Source: Bugula neritina
Taxonomy: Eukaryota; Animalia; Bryozoa
Reading direction: 5' to 3'
Assembly (NCBI GenBank): GCA_964035545.1
Contig: OZ037767.1
Coordinates: forward strand, 23,390,628-23,454,627
DNA: 64,000 nt
Shown: piece by piece, positions 35,883-52,000 of the stretch
Position numbering within the stretch: position 1 is the first letter of the stretch
Layout: every line of letters begins with the position of its first letter
Translations under genes and position numbers: made by a program
Notes under the pieces: model-generated
Databases searched by the model: none
The model's input: the letters and a program-made list of their open reading frames with translations, nothing else
Told to the model about the DNA's origin: nothing

Positions 35883-36680
35883 CAATTAGAATACTTGGAA
35901 TGAATTAGGTTGAGAATTGTCTGCTCTTTAAATTGAACCTGATTTTCTCAGCTTTCAAAAGACTTTACTAAGCTGCAATTGAATAAACTTGGGCAAATAT
36001 GAGTTTATTGGTGGCTATAACTAGTAACGTAACAATAATAATATCACTCTCCAATAAAATGTTACAAGTATGAAGTGTAGCTTCACCACCAAATGATTGA
36101 GAAAGCACTGATGTCACATTAGCATAGCTATATACTATTTATTTTTTATTTATAACACATGGGAAGAAAAACTAACCCACGAATGCATGCATGCACAGGC
36201 TTTTAGAATTGCATATTATATTGTTGCATTTCCATAAGCTGCCTTCCATTATATCATGCTTTATCTATTCAAAACTTAATTCACATTATTTTTATTTAGG
36301 GTTGAATTGTTATTAGAGTATTTAATATAAGTTTGTTATCTACAAAGTGGCTAATCAAAAAAGCTTGCAAATAAAATATAATATTAATTTATTGTTATAA
36401 TAATTCTATACCAAAAATCATAACAAATAACAAGCAGTAAACCATGATACAACAAAATCATATAATATAACTTTTAGTATAATATTATTTACATGTGGCA
36501 CATGTGCATAGCACACAAGTTTAAGCCAAGAAAAATAATAATTTGAAAGAATGCGTAATACGTTGTCTATGTACACTATATTACAAAGAGAGGTGGTGAG
36601 TCAGCTGAAACAGCAGCAGCAGCTGTGGTGATGCTAAAGCTCAAACAGAAAACATCTGTGGCTCTCAGCTCATCCCAGCA

Positions 36681-37400
36681 TTATCTGCAACATACCAGAA
36701 TATTTGAGAACAGCCTAAAATGGCTACAATAAGAAATAGTGCTAATACATAAGTCGAGGAAAATATATTTTAATCATAGCAATATTTTCATAAAATTTTA
36801 TTATCACAAACTGGTGTGTTCAGTAGAGTGTCGCTTTATTACCTGAGTTTATGCACAGCATAGCCAACGGCTGCCACTGCTCCTAGCGCTGCTCCAGCAA
36901 AGAAGATGGTCCTTAGTCTACCCCCTCTTTGTGTAGGAGGAGGAAACAAGTCCATCTTTTGATTGACGTCCCCAACCCATTCGTCCACCATTCTTCTTTT
37001 CTTCTCTCTTGTGAAGATCCCCAGCTGCCCTGCAGAAGCACATCAATAAAAGTTGCCATAATATTTTATAGTGCTAGAAATATTAGATGATAATATTTAC
37101 ATGGCATATTGTAATAAATCACCTCACAAAATAGATATTATTTCACTTACCATTGTTTAAGGTAGTCGCCATTGTAGTGAAGGCAGTCTTAACTGATGTT
37201 TGCTCAGGTATCTGTTAACAAATAAATAATAATTCAGCATGAAAACATTAAATAAAATTTTTAAAAATTGATTAAAAGCTGTTTTGGATTCAATCAACTT
37301 ATATAATTAAATAACTTACTTTGACCTGATTGGCTGCCTGCTCGGCATAGTACTGTTCCACGTGGGAGTTGTGACTCATGAATGATGAACTTGAAGACAT
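36681..37400 (-). CDS. Uncharacterised 120-aa protein with a C-terminal transmembrane segment (tail-anchored-like)
   Basis: Exons 37400-37320, 37211-37151, 37029-36843, 36714-36681 are phase-consistent and end ...RLRTIFFAGAALGAVAAVGYAVHKLRLFSNILVCCR*. Confidence 0.78.
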
Positions 37401-40058
37401 TGTAGATTATTTAAAGTAAGTTTCAGATTTGCAAAGAATACACTAAACTTAGTCAGTTAGCAAATTTCTTTTGAAGATGAATAAATTTAAGTGATTGTGA
37501 TGTCATTATTTTTTGTGTACATAGTTTATTTTTCCATTGTTGACATTCTTTGGTATATTTTTATTAAAACAAAATGGAAGTTTTAATACCAGTCTTAATT
37601 ATTTGCATTGTTGCAAGAAGACAAGTTTTATCTCAATATATTTCATACTATATAGCTTTATACATACATGGTGTGCATCTATAATACGGTATTTTATATC
37701 AAAAGTTTGTAATAAACAAACCAATTATACTTATAATGCCTCAGAAGATTCATTACAAGTTATAATTACTAGTGCTGGTCTGTTTCATGTTTTATAACGT
37801 TTAATCCGCCTTGTTTTGTGTTATGTTGTGAAAGTTATTAGTTCATGTAATTGAAAAATACAATAGCTATAAGCAAACAGGCTGAAACCTGCTTTTGTTG
37901 GGAGAAATATTAAAAAGTGACTTGAAGCAGAACCGAGTTGGGGTGACTGAGTGAAGTGGTTCCAGAGTTTAGAGCAACTATTTGTAAACAAATAATGTTT
38001 TCAGCCACCACAAACTCGGTGCCCCTTCTAGCTGTCACAATGCACACAACCACTGAGCTAGAAATAAGCATTTTCCAATCCATTGCACATATCCCTGTAA
38101 TATAATGTGTCCATTCCAAGTAATTCATATATAATATTATATTCAACTTAATTACCTGTAGTACCATAATAATATTAGCATATATTGTGTTCATTCTCTG
38201 GCATGCTCAATATTCATCGAGAAAGATTATTTAGCAAAGCAAGTTGCTCTAGACTCTAGAGTCTATACAGTTGATTTTTGTAAAATGAAGTAGTTTAGAG
38301 ATAATTGTTCATCATTATTGGCCACATTAAAATATAACTAAGTTTCATTTCAGTGAATGGCCGTGTGGTTGAACTACTGAAAAATAAAAGTGGCATATTA
38401 TTTGAGACAGATTTTTTTCAATGAACCTCCGACTGTGCATTTCACTATCTTTTGCTCTTCAAGTGTAACTCTGTCTCATTCTCTCTGGTAACTGTTAGTA
38501 TTACCTAAGTTTAACCTAACCACATAATACTATTACTTAGTTAATAATTCTATAAACATCAACTTAATGTGATTTTATCCAATAACTTGGTTCAATTTAA
38601 CTCTATCTATTACAACAACTAAATTTTATTTGAACCTAGAATAATACAGGGTAAAAAAAGCTTTTTTACAAAGAGTGTTTTTAAACTGTGGTTATATTTT
38701 GAACATTATAGCTAAATTAAAAAACACTAAATTTTTAATAGTATAAGGAGATGCTCTGTTTATTTACATGATTAGCCTAGTAAAGTTACAAAATAGCAGA
38801 GAGTGCAGTAAAAGAAAATACAATCCCAAAAATAAAGTATAGAATTAATGTTGAAGCGTTTGAGGAGCAATTGATTTGCACAGCAAGTTTAAAGTTTAAC
38901 ATCACAGTAAAATAAGCAAATAAGTACACAAGCATACCAATAATCATTACAAAGGAAATGCAACTCCTACAGAAAACTAAAACAAATCCAAAACATTTTG
39001 ACAAATTTTGGGATGGTCCCTCATCAGATAAACTCGGCTCAATTCAAATCTCATTGAAAAACAAATCTTAGTTAAGGCAAGTATGTAGTCATAAAAACTG
39101 TTTAAACAAACATAATTTTGTAGCCGAATGAAAACAATTACAACATTTTCGAGCCATGTGTTTTTCCCATAGGTGGCATCTATAGAATTATTAGAAAACA
39201 AACAAGAAACAAAATAGTTAGTATTTAAAATGGACATCAAATGAGCAACTTAATTGTAAATAATTCGGTGAATTAACCTACACTTCTACAATGTCCTACC
39301 CTAGGGCTCATTTTATTGGCTTAGCTATAAGGAGTGAGCAAATGAACTTGCAAAAGGGTCGAGCAGCGGGCTTTACAGTAAAACCGTGTTGACATGTAAA
39401 TACAGTTAGATGTATTGAATGCTACAACATTTCTCTTTGGGACTTTATCTACCGTGCTTTCTCGAGACACATCTTTGATTTCAAAGGAAAAAATATTGAT
39501 ATTTAGGCAATTTTAGGATGTTTAAATTATGGTGTGAACGGTACAATGTGTCATACCACTAAGGGTCTGAGCATTAAAATATTAAAAACTAAATTTTCTG
39601 AACAAATCAATCAGCTAACCAGTAAAAAACACTACAAACACCATATTTTCTAATGATCGTTGAACAGTTAAAACATCACGTAGAGACTCAGTTATTCCCA
39701 GTTGCTGAACTTTTCTCCAATGAGTCATTTAGTTACTCTACCAGGTATTATAATTATCTAATATATATCTTGGAAGTTTGTATAAATATTAAATAGCGAT
39801 ATGAAAAATATTTGTAATTTCAATATTCTAGTGTGGAACTCTGGCACCGAGACATATAACTAAAAGAATTATAAAATAATACAATATAATAATAATATGT
39901 AATAATACAATATAATAATAATATATAATAATACAACATAACAAAAATAAGTGAACTCAGCTGTACAGAGTTACAATTAGTAAAGACAGCGCTTGAGCTC
40001 ATCGCTGCCACAGCTTATGGTTGTAGGTTTAGCATCACATAACAAACAAACACATCCA

Positions 40059-43000
40059 CTAAACATCAGTAGATAGTGACTCTGCCAGCTGTATCTTCTC
40101 TTGATACTCAAAGAAGTTTGCGAGTTCGGCATCTTCGGCTCTTAGAGCTTGATCCTTGGCCGTGTGCCCCTGTTGACATATAGTTATGGATAAGTCATTC
40201 TCAGTCTTCAACAGTTTTACTGATTTTATAGCAGATTTCAGAATAAAACACCGAGTGCTCTTTAATCAGCTGTATTCAGTTAGTTGAAGTCATACTGATA
40301 AGTAAAATAGTTCATTTTACAAAATTTAAAAATAACCAAATATTAGAATATAAAAAGAAATGTTTTAATTATTTAACATTGACAAGTTCAACATTTTTAG
40401 AGTTATCATACACACGCACACGCACACACACACACACTCGCACGCACACACAAACGGATGTCTGCATGCACACACATAATGTATATATACACTTCAAAGC
40501 AGCATAATTTTATACACACTGTAGCCAAAAGAAATTTAAGCTTACCACTTTGTCTTTAAGAAGTACATTTGCCCCTGCCTGTATTAGGATTCTACAGATT
40601 GTACGCCGCTGGTACCAGGCAGCTTTATGTAGAGCTGTTTGACCTCTACAATAGATGTAATATAGTACTTACCTAACAGTAATAGTAGACTAAAATGTTC
40701 TAAAAATAAATTGCCGTCGCTATATTTGATATGATATGCGGTAGCCTTTTACTGATATACGAATGAAATAATTTCACTTGAGTTTGGCCATGTACTAATA
40801 ACACTATTAATAAAGAAGCTGATACAATGTACAGCCAGCTTATTTTGTCCAATGGTGAAAAAAACTACATCAACTTTTAAAACATAGACACAGACATTCT
40901 GGAAAAAGAACTTCATTTTCTATAATAACATATTTTATACTTTTCACTGTCCAGCTGGTTCAGGAGTGAGACGTGACAATTCTGAACAATATAGGCAGCT
41001 ATCTCCTTGCAGTTGAACCTGGCAGCGTAATGTAATAACGTCATGTCACTATTATCCGCCTGCATGATGTTTCCACCTGACGAATGAGCGTCCACGAATT
41101 GCTTATAGTCATTCCTCTTTACTGCATCCAGCATGACCTTATCATATGAGGCAGCGGGCTTTTCAGAGGAAACACTATAAAATATCCGTATGTTCTTTAA
41201 GAGATATAGACATTAAAACTTTCAATTTAGTAGTAAGACACTTTGATAAGGAAAGCCGTGGTCATGGTTGAACCCAGCCATTGATTTAAAGAAAAACATC
41301 CTGATAATTGCTCCTGTGTCTCAAACACATGCTGTTCATTTACCAAAACCCTTAATCTTAGTCGAGGGGAAGGGGAGATGTATGAATAGGTACAATAAAA
41401 GGTAAGATACTTGAATAAAATTATTCAACAGGTTCTAATGAAGAATCATCTTACACCAGAAAGACTTAAACAAAGAATTAAAACTTGGAAAAACTGCAGC
41501 TATTAATTTTGAATGAATTAGCCATTTTCACCTCATGCTAAAATTTGAATCCTACATATAAGAAGCAATAGGAGTTGTCAGTTTTAGATAAAATGTTTAA
41601 GGTTTAGAAATAGCTAATAAAGGTAAAAAAAAATTTTTTTTACTGTTGCACTGTTTCAATGAATAGTGTACTTAAAAAATTCTCCAGTAATCATGTGTGC
41701 TATAAAGCCAAAGAGTGTATTTGTAATTGCCCTTCCATGCACAGCAATATAAAGTCAATGTGTATTTTACTTGCGCCTTTGCTACGTAATGCTACAGATT
41801 TTACTTACGCTCACCCTTTGCCATATGTTTTAGTAGGATAATACTGAATTCTCTAAGCAATAAATACAGCCAGCCCACAATCATATTGAGCTACATACGT
41901 ATATCAAGACATGCAAATAAACCTACACAGGAGACCTGGGAGGAGTGATGGGGAACTTGAAGTTGGACATAATGCTACTTGCTGACTCTGCTGTTCTTGG
42001 AAGGCTGTCGGCTGCTTCATCACCCTGAAGTTAACAAGATATAATATATGCAATAAGACAAACTACATGCTGCAGATAGTTACCTAAATGTCAGTTTAAA
42101 TATTTTTACATTATTTAAACTTTAGTATTTCCGTTTCACTAGAAGTAACGATTGAAATTGGACTAATGAATTGACACGAAACATTTATAAACTACTGAGA
42201 CATTTGAACACTTAGACACAAGTGATTACCTGTAAAGGAAGTGTAGCCAACTCCGGGTCTAGTATATACAAATCTACACTGGATATGTCTGTAACATAAT
42301 GCAGGTGCTCCTGGCCTTGATCAATGCGAAAAAACCTAACCGAAGTAGTGGCTACAAATTATAAATAATATAATTATTCTTAACATTAATTTTTTTTAAC
42401 TATGTTAAATTTTTTTTAATCTAATAATCATTGCACACATTTTCAAGAAATAAATAAACAAGTTAGAGCAAATAACTGAACATGTGACAGTTTAGTACTA
42501 GGACTGAAGGTGTGGAAATACAACTAAAGTCTAGACAGAATATACCAGACTATCAGTTATAGAAATAAGAAGGCCTTCAGTAAAAATAACTACACTATTA
42601 GTAGAGGAACTTATAATGATGTGGTTATAGTGACCATAATAACCTAACCATCATACCAACCTGTTACACCATTTAAAGCAGTTTCAGTTCTTAATTTGCC
42701 ATATTGTTTTCTATATACACAAATCAACTTTCAACTATGTGTATTTTGCACCAAAATCTAAAGTAATGCTTTCTGCTTTAAACAGTCCAACTTGTAGCAA
42801 AACATCTGCACACTAATCAGTTTTTTAACAATATATGTATATGAGAAATAAACTCGAAGGTTTCAAACCAACTATGATAATTTTAATAACATTATCTGCA
42901 AACACTTTAGTGCAAACAGTACAATACAAGTTAATGTGTGTCTTACAATCAAGAAAGCACCAACGAGGAGATAACGGCTGTACACAACGCAGCTTAGAAG

Positions 43001-46000
43001 CTCTCTTAGACTCTCCCGTCTCCTCCTTGTCACCAGATTCCTCCAGCTGCAGCATGTCCTTGCCAAGTCTGTTAATCTGCTCCCTCACCGCTTCTAGATC
43101 AGCGTCTCTCAGCACCACAATAAGGCCCAGGGGTACGGCTGCCAATAGCAACACAATGGTCTATTATACAAGTTTAGTTCAATGGGTGGGCAACTCCTAA
43201 ATTGTAACTTGGTTTTGTATAGAAATATAACATTATATCAAGTATAGGCTCCATAAGGTTAGATTACTTATTTACACAAGTTTGTTATAGCAAACTTGAA
43301 ATCCCTGGCAATACAAAGTGTTGAGGTTTTCCCAAAATAAAATGAAGATTTCAAACCAAATATTACGATGAAATTGTATAACTTACAAACTGCTTCGAGT
43401 TTAGCTTTGTCGTAATGATAAGTTTCATAGTCTTTCAGTCCAATTCGATTCACCTGCAGACGAATTCTGCTACTAAGCTGCATTGCGCTCTCTCTAAAAA
43501 CAGATTACCTGCATCATTACCTGCATCATTACCTGCGTCATTACCTGCGCTACTACCTGTGCCATTACCTGCACTATTACCTGCACTACTATCTATGACC
43601 TGTACTATTATCTGTGTTATGAGAAGAACACAGCACTAACGTTATACACGAGGAAATTCAAAAATGAGATGGGGCTATCTATCTACTGAACCATAACAGC
43701 CAGCTCTGCTGCCTTGCAGTAATGATTTAGTAAGTTAGTTAGTGCAGCTCATTGCTAAGTTTACTCTGTAAAGTGAGGGATAGCTGTGAAGTTCACAAGT
43801 AATCTCATAATTTCTAATATTTGTAAATTTCTATACATAGTCACACAGGCTATATATAACTGTGGTAGAATGCAGTAATTTAAATGCTTGAACTTACTAA
43901 GTCTAATAAACTGCCTATAAATAGTAAACAACAATATCTTGTAAACTAAGAAATACTGATATTGAACATATACTATACTAAATTTTTTAACAGAGTTATG
44001 ACAGATAATAGCAAAATGAATTATATTTTACTCTAACTTAAGCACTAAGAAGAGACTTTGTCTTGCATACAGTGAAAACCAACATGAATGAATTATAATA
44101 TTTAGTTTTCAATATAAGCAAGTTATATAAGTTGATGATAGTTGGAAAATGTAACATGTACAACACATGGCAAGTACCCAACCATTATATACATCACTAT
44201 AATAAGTTAGGCTTTGCGTATGTAGTTCAAGATTCAAAAATATATTTGTGAATTCACTGTAATTAATAGCGTTTTGAAACACATACTTTACATTGGATAG
44301 TTGCGTTCCCGCTTTCTTTTGCTTCATCAACATCTTAGCCTGATTCCTTAACTTCATAACAATCACCGAAGGTTGGAGCCTACAAGGTTCACCATCAACC
44401 TGAGAAAAAATAATTCACCACCATTAAAACAGGGAAGTTACATAGTGCACATAAGTCTAGTAAGGTAGGCTAATAACTACATTGAGGAAAAATGTGCAAC
44501 ACATAGAAAGGAATAGGATGAAGACTGAGTACTATACTCTTGAAAAAAAAACACAAGTGAAGCCTATTGATTCACATAGTGATAATGATGGCTACAAAAA
44601 AAAACTTTAATAGAGCTTCAACTTTTTTAAGAGAGAAGAGCCTAAACAGATTTTTGGTTATTTCTATTTTGAAATAAAATTAATATTAAAAAAAGAGTGC
44701 TGAAGCATAATCAATCTATCTATAGATGTCAAGGAAACATTGTGAGTTCCAACTTCAAGTCCGGGATTTGCTGAGATCTTGTTGTAAAGAATCTGAATGC
44801 AATGACTCACCTGCATGGGGATTGATTTGGTTGTTGTTAGCTTTACTTCACTACACTGTAATATCTTTTCACCATGACCACCAACTTGAAGTGTCGCCTG
44901 AAACATATCTGTACTGTAACCAAAGTTAAGTAACTGAAGAGGCTACCTTGCGGTCATAAATACACAACTTTTACACACTGAATTAGAAAAGTTATTCAAG
45001 TAAAATGATTTGCAAGAATAAAATATTTTTTATTTCACTAAGTTTTATTAGATTTAGTAAATTGTTAGGGCAACTAAAAGGTAAACTAGAAGCTTCATGC
45101 TGTTACGAACATTTTATGGTTAAAATGATAAGATATGTTGAAACCAATAGTCAAATATTTTATAGCTTCGGCAGACAGTATTCATCATTATTCCTATAGT
45201 CCGCTGACCATAAGTCAAGTTGCACTCGATAACTTTTTAAGCAATTGATGCAGAACAAAAGAGACTGCAGGAGATAAGTTACAACAAACATCTCACCAGC
45301 TGTGTAGTAGTGAAACCTATAACTTCTAACTTTCCATCATCAGCACGGGGCGGGTCAAACTGACTGCCATGCGTCCCCCAAGGATTAGTCCCCGAGGCAT
45401 ACTTGGGGATGTTGAGGAAAAGCAAGCAGTGTAACTTGAGCTCTTTCATTTTCTGTGTCACATCTTCCCCATCGCACTAAATTTAAAATACTATCCGTTA
45501 CATAGAACAAAACAGAAATCTCTAAAATCGAGAACTATTATTGTTTTGAACTCCTCACAACCACAAATCAGTTGTAATGCAGCAAAAGGGAAGCTATAAA
45601 GCTGATATACATAAAAATTGAGTAGTTCCAATATATTGCTAGAAATTCTAGAGCAAGGTCTCCAGCTGATTCAGCAGTCAAAATGAAAACAATAAACAAC
45701 TATCTAACTCAACTGGTTAATGATTAATCATTTTTCTCAATGAAATTTATGTAAACACATAATAGCTTGTAACAACAGCATTTAAGCAGATTCACTAATT
45801 TTCGTCAAAGTTTATATCAAGACACTTTCTGGCTAGCAAAATGTCTGACATAATTCTCCTTCTAGACTTGATAGTTTTTACAGTTGTATACTGAAGATGA
45901 TGAAATATAACAGACTCTTATAACAAACCATATATCATTTTAGTTATTTTACTGATGGCAGATACAAACGCATTATTATGTACTATAAAACTAAGCTCTT

Positions 46001-49000
46001 TTTTGGATTCATTTGTTAAATGCAGATTTCCTGTTGGTCAAAAGGAGTTGGTCAATTCACCAGTTTGACCTCACACTATTCATGGCCAGTTCCAATAACT
46101 ATCGTAGAATCAAATGGAATTAGAACTGGGCACAGGGAACTGGCTATATTTAAACTAAACCAACTCAAGTTTATAGTTAATTGTTCATAGCTGGCCTACT
46201 TCTATCTTGATATGATCCATCAGATCTTTCCATGGCCGCTTTACCACATCGCGACTTCCGGCTCCAGCCATTGTCATTTTATTTCGAAAAGCGCTGTTAA
46301 ACTTTTCAGGATTGGCTTCACGACTTTCATGAAACTCTAGTAAGACGTGAGCATCAGCACCCAGACTGAAATCATAAAACAGTTGCCAGAGTTGTAATCA
46401 TATATTCCAGTCATCAAGTATACATTGTAGTTCCTATTTCATACTATACTATAACAAGCTCATGTTGCCAAATCTTCTAGGGTCTATAAAAAATCGGTCC
46501 AGTGATGTAAAACCTATCTTATATAAACTGTTTTTACAGATACACAACTTATTATTGAATTTACATAAAAAACGTTAATAAGTTAAAATATCATAAGAAA
46601 AGGGGAAATAAACCCTGAGAAAAACTATAAAACCTGGTGGTAAAAACTTGTTCTTTTTTGTAACCTACATCAATAAATTTGGAACAAAATAGTCGAGAGT
46701 ATTTCTTTTAATTTTATTGAGGATGAAATGTTTGCTTTAGTCAAACATAGCCTATTCTAGTGTCTAGAAACGTGGATGCCAGTGTATATTTAGTTAAACA
46801 TGAAAAGATATATTTGCAGAGTAAAAGAGATTGAGTTATGCAACTGTTTTATTCAGCATTTGATGTGAGTTTCATATAATAAAATTTACTTTGCAAACAA
46901 ATGTCAAACTTTTATGAGCACACAAGCTAACAAATGTTTTAAATAGAAAATAATATTCAATAAGAAAAGTACCTGAAATAGTTATTCATAACAGAGATAG
47001 GCAAGTTTGCTTTAGCATTCTCCGCAGGAGAGAGAGGAGTATCTGGGTGCAGTGGAGTGACATTCAAGTCCCACCTGTCTAACAAAGCTACTGCACTTTC
47101 TTCTACCTGCTGTAGAATTTTCGATATTGGCTCGTCTGTGTACCCCTACAACACCAAGTCCATCACTCAACACAAGAGCTATAGATAGCAGATAAACCTT
47201 GTAATATCATCAGACAACAAAACACAACCAATGAGAAAGAGAAGAATGATTAGTATACAAGTCAATAGACCAAGTAACAATAGTTACTGGTAGAGAGCTG
47301 AAATCAAAGCATAAAAAAATAAATATAATAATTTTACAAGACTTGATGAAACATCCCCAGTAGTTTTAGCTGACTCACATAGTATAATTCACGCAATCAA
47401 TTGCATATTAACTATAGACATATAATAAGTCTTTCGTTAGTTAATTTCGTGCATTATAGGCTATTACTAATTACTAAATATCATGATTAGAGGTATTTAT
47501 ATAATTTCTTCAAGAGTTGTCTTATCAAGCTAAATGTTGAATACACAAAGGTCCACTGAATGAACATAAAACTCTTCAACATTCGTACAGTTTTACCAAT
47601 TGCTTTGAGTTAAAACTCATATTTACTTTAAATCCAGTAGCTACTGATGCTGTCTGGTTTGTTATGATGGAATAAAGAATCATATTGACGAAAACAGACT
47701 GAAACATGTAAAATTTGAGTTTTTCCAAACTTCTCTGCAAAAGCTGTATATAATTTACAGGAAAATTTTCCATAGTCTAGAAGCAGAATCTATAACTAGA
47801 ACTGCGCTGTACACTTACAGCTCCCCAATTGAGTGTACGCGATAAATCATTGCCGGTACCGAGGGGAAGCACGGATACAGCGGGAGTGCTGGTGAATGAA
47901 ACATTGTCAATCTCTGAGAGAATCCAGCCTACAGTACCATCACCTCCACACACCAGAATATGCAGGTTAGCCACCTACAAACATTAGCAATGAAAAACAT
48001 AAACAGTTGAATAAAGCATATAATATAGGGTTACATTAAGTAACACATTTTGAGTCAAATGACATTTTTTACTTTCAATAATCATTAAGGTCATGCTGAA
48101 GGTCAATACAAGGTCAATAAACATTTTACTCAAAAAGTTTTATCTGAATAATTTGAAGCTATTTCTGGAAGTTCTGGGCTAAAATAGTACAGAATGAGAG
48201 AACAACTCCAGCACCTTTTTGTATAGCTCCAGGCCAGCTCTTGGACCTCCGTCAGTCAAGTCAAATACTTGTCTCGGGTTTAAGTAGAAATTAAATTTAG
48301 GTAAAAGACGTGAGCCGCTATTTCCTCCACTTCGAGGATTCACAAACACTACAATGTAGATAATAATTATAAATATAACACAGCAGAACTACATACTAAG
48401 CATTTGTTGGCTTGAAACACTTAGCCTGAGCATAAAAATAGACATTTTAATAAACATATCTTTGTATACATTTAGTTTGAACAAATGTTATAAAGTGTAG
48501 GTTATGATGAGATATTTACTATTCACTGTACAGTACTGTTGGTGAGTTTATCTATTTATAACTTTTGTTATTATCACAGCCTAAAATCCTAAATCTTCCG
48601 GAAAATTATAATGCATGAAAATATGAAAGTTAAAGTGGACGTTTTAAAGAAATTCAAAAGTAATGAAAGTCACCAAGACCAGCTGTTTGCCTACTTGTAA
48701 AGCTGAAATTACTGTAATGTTGCAATATAAATCATTTTCAAATATATTTTTTCTGATACAAACTAGGGGTGCCTTACCATGGACTATACTATTATTCAGT
48801 GTAGTTGTTAGTTACCTAGCAACGGTCTTTTGTTCGCTGTAGGAATATGTTTTATAATGAAGGGCTTAAAGTCTGTCATATTAGCAAAACATTTCTCGGC
48901 ACTATTGGAGGTTGCCAGACGCTTACGCGATGATTTTTTGCTCATTTTCTTCACTGAAGATTTGAAGGCTAACTACAAACACAACCAGTAAAACTCAAAC

Positions 49001-52000
49001 AATTGTATAAACTAGCATGCTTCCCAATATCCCATAGCTCCCTTCAAGTAGCTAATAGCAACAGCTAATACAAATAAAACCCTGAAAATATAATCTATAA
49101 ACAAGTTTATTACAAAATCTGTGAAATTTTATACTAGGAATAAATTTTTTGATTTCTAAAAAGTACTACTTAAAAATCAAGTTTCTAAATATGACAGTCA
49201 AAACTTTTTTCTGTATAATGACTTTTCCCTCCCCATTTCAGAATAAAATAATTTTCTACAGGTTTGTTTCAGGTAGTTTTAAACACAAAATTCACCTAAT
49301 AACCACAACAACATATTTAAAGGGTTATCATTTACCCAAATAATAAAGCCTAATCATTAGAAAGATTACGCTGACAAAAGACCAAAATCACATAATTCAT
49401 ATGTTCTAATGTCACAATACTTTACTACGAAACAAACCCTATAACTTTGAGTGAAGGTTCAGGTTTCATTCCTAATAAATATAATGTTTCATAGAACAGC
49501 ATATTTTTTATAATTTAATTACTGGTAAACTATTAGCTGCCATAAATTGTAATACAGAGACATGATATATCGATATGCAGCACTGACATCTCTTTAGTTA
49601 GAGTAGAGGTTGCAAACTCCAGCAAGGCTTCACTTTAAATAAACAATATCTAAGTTTGTGATATTGAAACAAAAGTTGCGATACCTACTTTCCGAGATAT
49701 TTTAATAATCCATGACGGTGGAATAATGAGATTTGCAAAGTCGCCAAGTTTACACTCTTCACCTATATGTTCTTGTGAAAAGCAGGTCTTTGCATGGTAA
49801 GCGGTTTGACACCATGAACAACACACAGCTATAATATCCTGAGAATAAAACAAATCCACCCATACATATGGTTTTAATAAAAACAGTAATGGTTGCCAAT
49901 TGCATTGAATAATTGTTAGACCTAAATATGTAGCATATCAGAACCATAATTTCACTAGTATATGCTTAGTATTTAGTTTGGCTTTATGCATGTAAGTTAA
50001 CTGAATAGATAATAGCGAAATCTGCTGTTTAGAGAAAGAAGTATTAGAAGACCTTCAGCTACAACATTAACCTGCAACATTTTATAACACTAATTAATAA
50101 CCACCTGATTGAAATTTGCTATCTTTGAAATGCATGCTATAAAAATTCAGCTGCAGGTTTTAATCAAATGGCTTACTTTTACAGACTGAAAAGGGAAGTT
50201 TCGTTGTGGGAAAGTTTTCATGCAGGCTTTACATTTGCCATCTTGCCTTTTTTTGTGAATCCAATGATGTTGCACACCCTGTTGCTGAAAATTGAACATT
50301 AATATGTAAAACAATATTTACAAAAAAGATTACAAGGCATTCTCCATTGAACACTTGAAGTTATACTAATATACATTATTAAAACCTTTCTTTTGTATAG
50401 CAGTTAAATATACCTGCTATAAGGTTCTATGTTTAATTTAGTTCCATGATAAAAACTTAATTTAAAAATTCCAACTACTTCCTACCAGCTCAGCTCTACC
50501 AAAGACCTATTCATTAAGTAAACTTGAATTAAAATTCCAAACAGAATGTAAGAAACATGCCACATTTAGTGAGCCCACTAACCTCTCTGTAGTTTCGAAT
50601 TCCAGCCTCTCTAAATGTGGGTTTGCATTGAGACTCCTGTGAATATAGAGTAGAGTAGTTAGTGTACAGTTCATATATGTCTATACCAACCATTATATTA
50701 TTAACACTACTTTACAAAGTAATAGAATGAAATAAAGAGAGAAATTAGAAATTAGAGAGGCCGATATATACTTGGCCTTGAAACAAAACTTGTGCACCAG
50801 AAAATGCTAGAAGAACAAAAGGTGTAGTGATTTCAAGACGAGCTATACATCTGCAATACATACTCTCTCCAGTTGATCAATACAGGCCAAGTGCACCGTC
50901 ATATAGCACGCACTACACTTCTTCCTGTCCCCCTGTTTCTGCAACAAATTTACAAAATACAGCTTTTTTAACAGCGATAAAAGAATTCAAAAGCATATAA
51001 AACAAGACACTATTTAGTTGATTGTAATACTAGTAACTGTAATATAAGCAGTGAGTGAGGACGAGGAGGAGGGAGGGAGGAGGGGGGGAGAGAGGGGGGA
51101 GGAGGGGGAGGAGAGAGGGGGGAGGAGGGAGGGGGAAGAGGGAGGGGGAGGAGGGACCTTATGAATGTAAAAACACCGAGAAACAACCTCGAACATTTAA
51201 GGCACCCTGCCAGCTCAACGCGGCCGAAGTTTTCTCATTGAAGAGCAGAACTGATGGAGAGGGGGCTGTCATTGCTTTGTAATGGCAATTATAAAGATAA
51301 GTAACTAGTAGTAAGAAATAGATATAATTGAGTAGTTGCTTTTTAAATACTAAACTTTTTATAGAGATATGCATGTCTTACTTTTTAGTTGAATTTACCT
51401 ATATAAAAATAACAACAGAAATAAGTTCTTGACAAGCACCTAACTTGAGGTGAAAAGCACCTAACTTGGGGTGACAAGCACCTAACTTGAGATGACAAGC
51501 ACCTAACTTGAGATGACAAGCACCTAACTTGAAGTGACAAGCACCTAGCTTCAGGTCCTTGTTTCAACAACACAAAAGTGAGCATGTCAGTCTCTCTTTG
51601 ACAAGCACAGCAGGATTCAACTGCAGGATGTGCTGGTCAAGGAGAAGTTTTACACTTACCACAATGCAGTCTCTCTCTGAGAGATAGCACGACTCCCCAG
51701 ATGAATAGTCACACCACAAATGTGCACCTTGTTTAGCATATTCCTAAAACATCGTAGGAAACAGATTTACATCTTACAACACACTTGATAACAACTTCAA
51801 ACTGTTAAATCCGAGATAGTATAGCAATCTGACATGATTACGAGTATACAGTGAATAACCGTGATAGGTATTTATTGAAGGTATCTCATATTCTAATCTC
51901 AACACTAGTGTCACACTTTTATAACTAGTTAAATAACGCATGCTGCACAGGGCTATTTACTGTGGAGAGAACAAATCCTAAAACATAGTTTATTTATAAC

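Noticed and set aside
36960-37010. BH3-like similarity (REKKRRMVDEWV versus BAD RELRRMSDEFV)
   Set aside because: It lacks the conserved Leu and the small residue before Asp; too weak to call.
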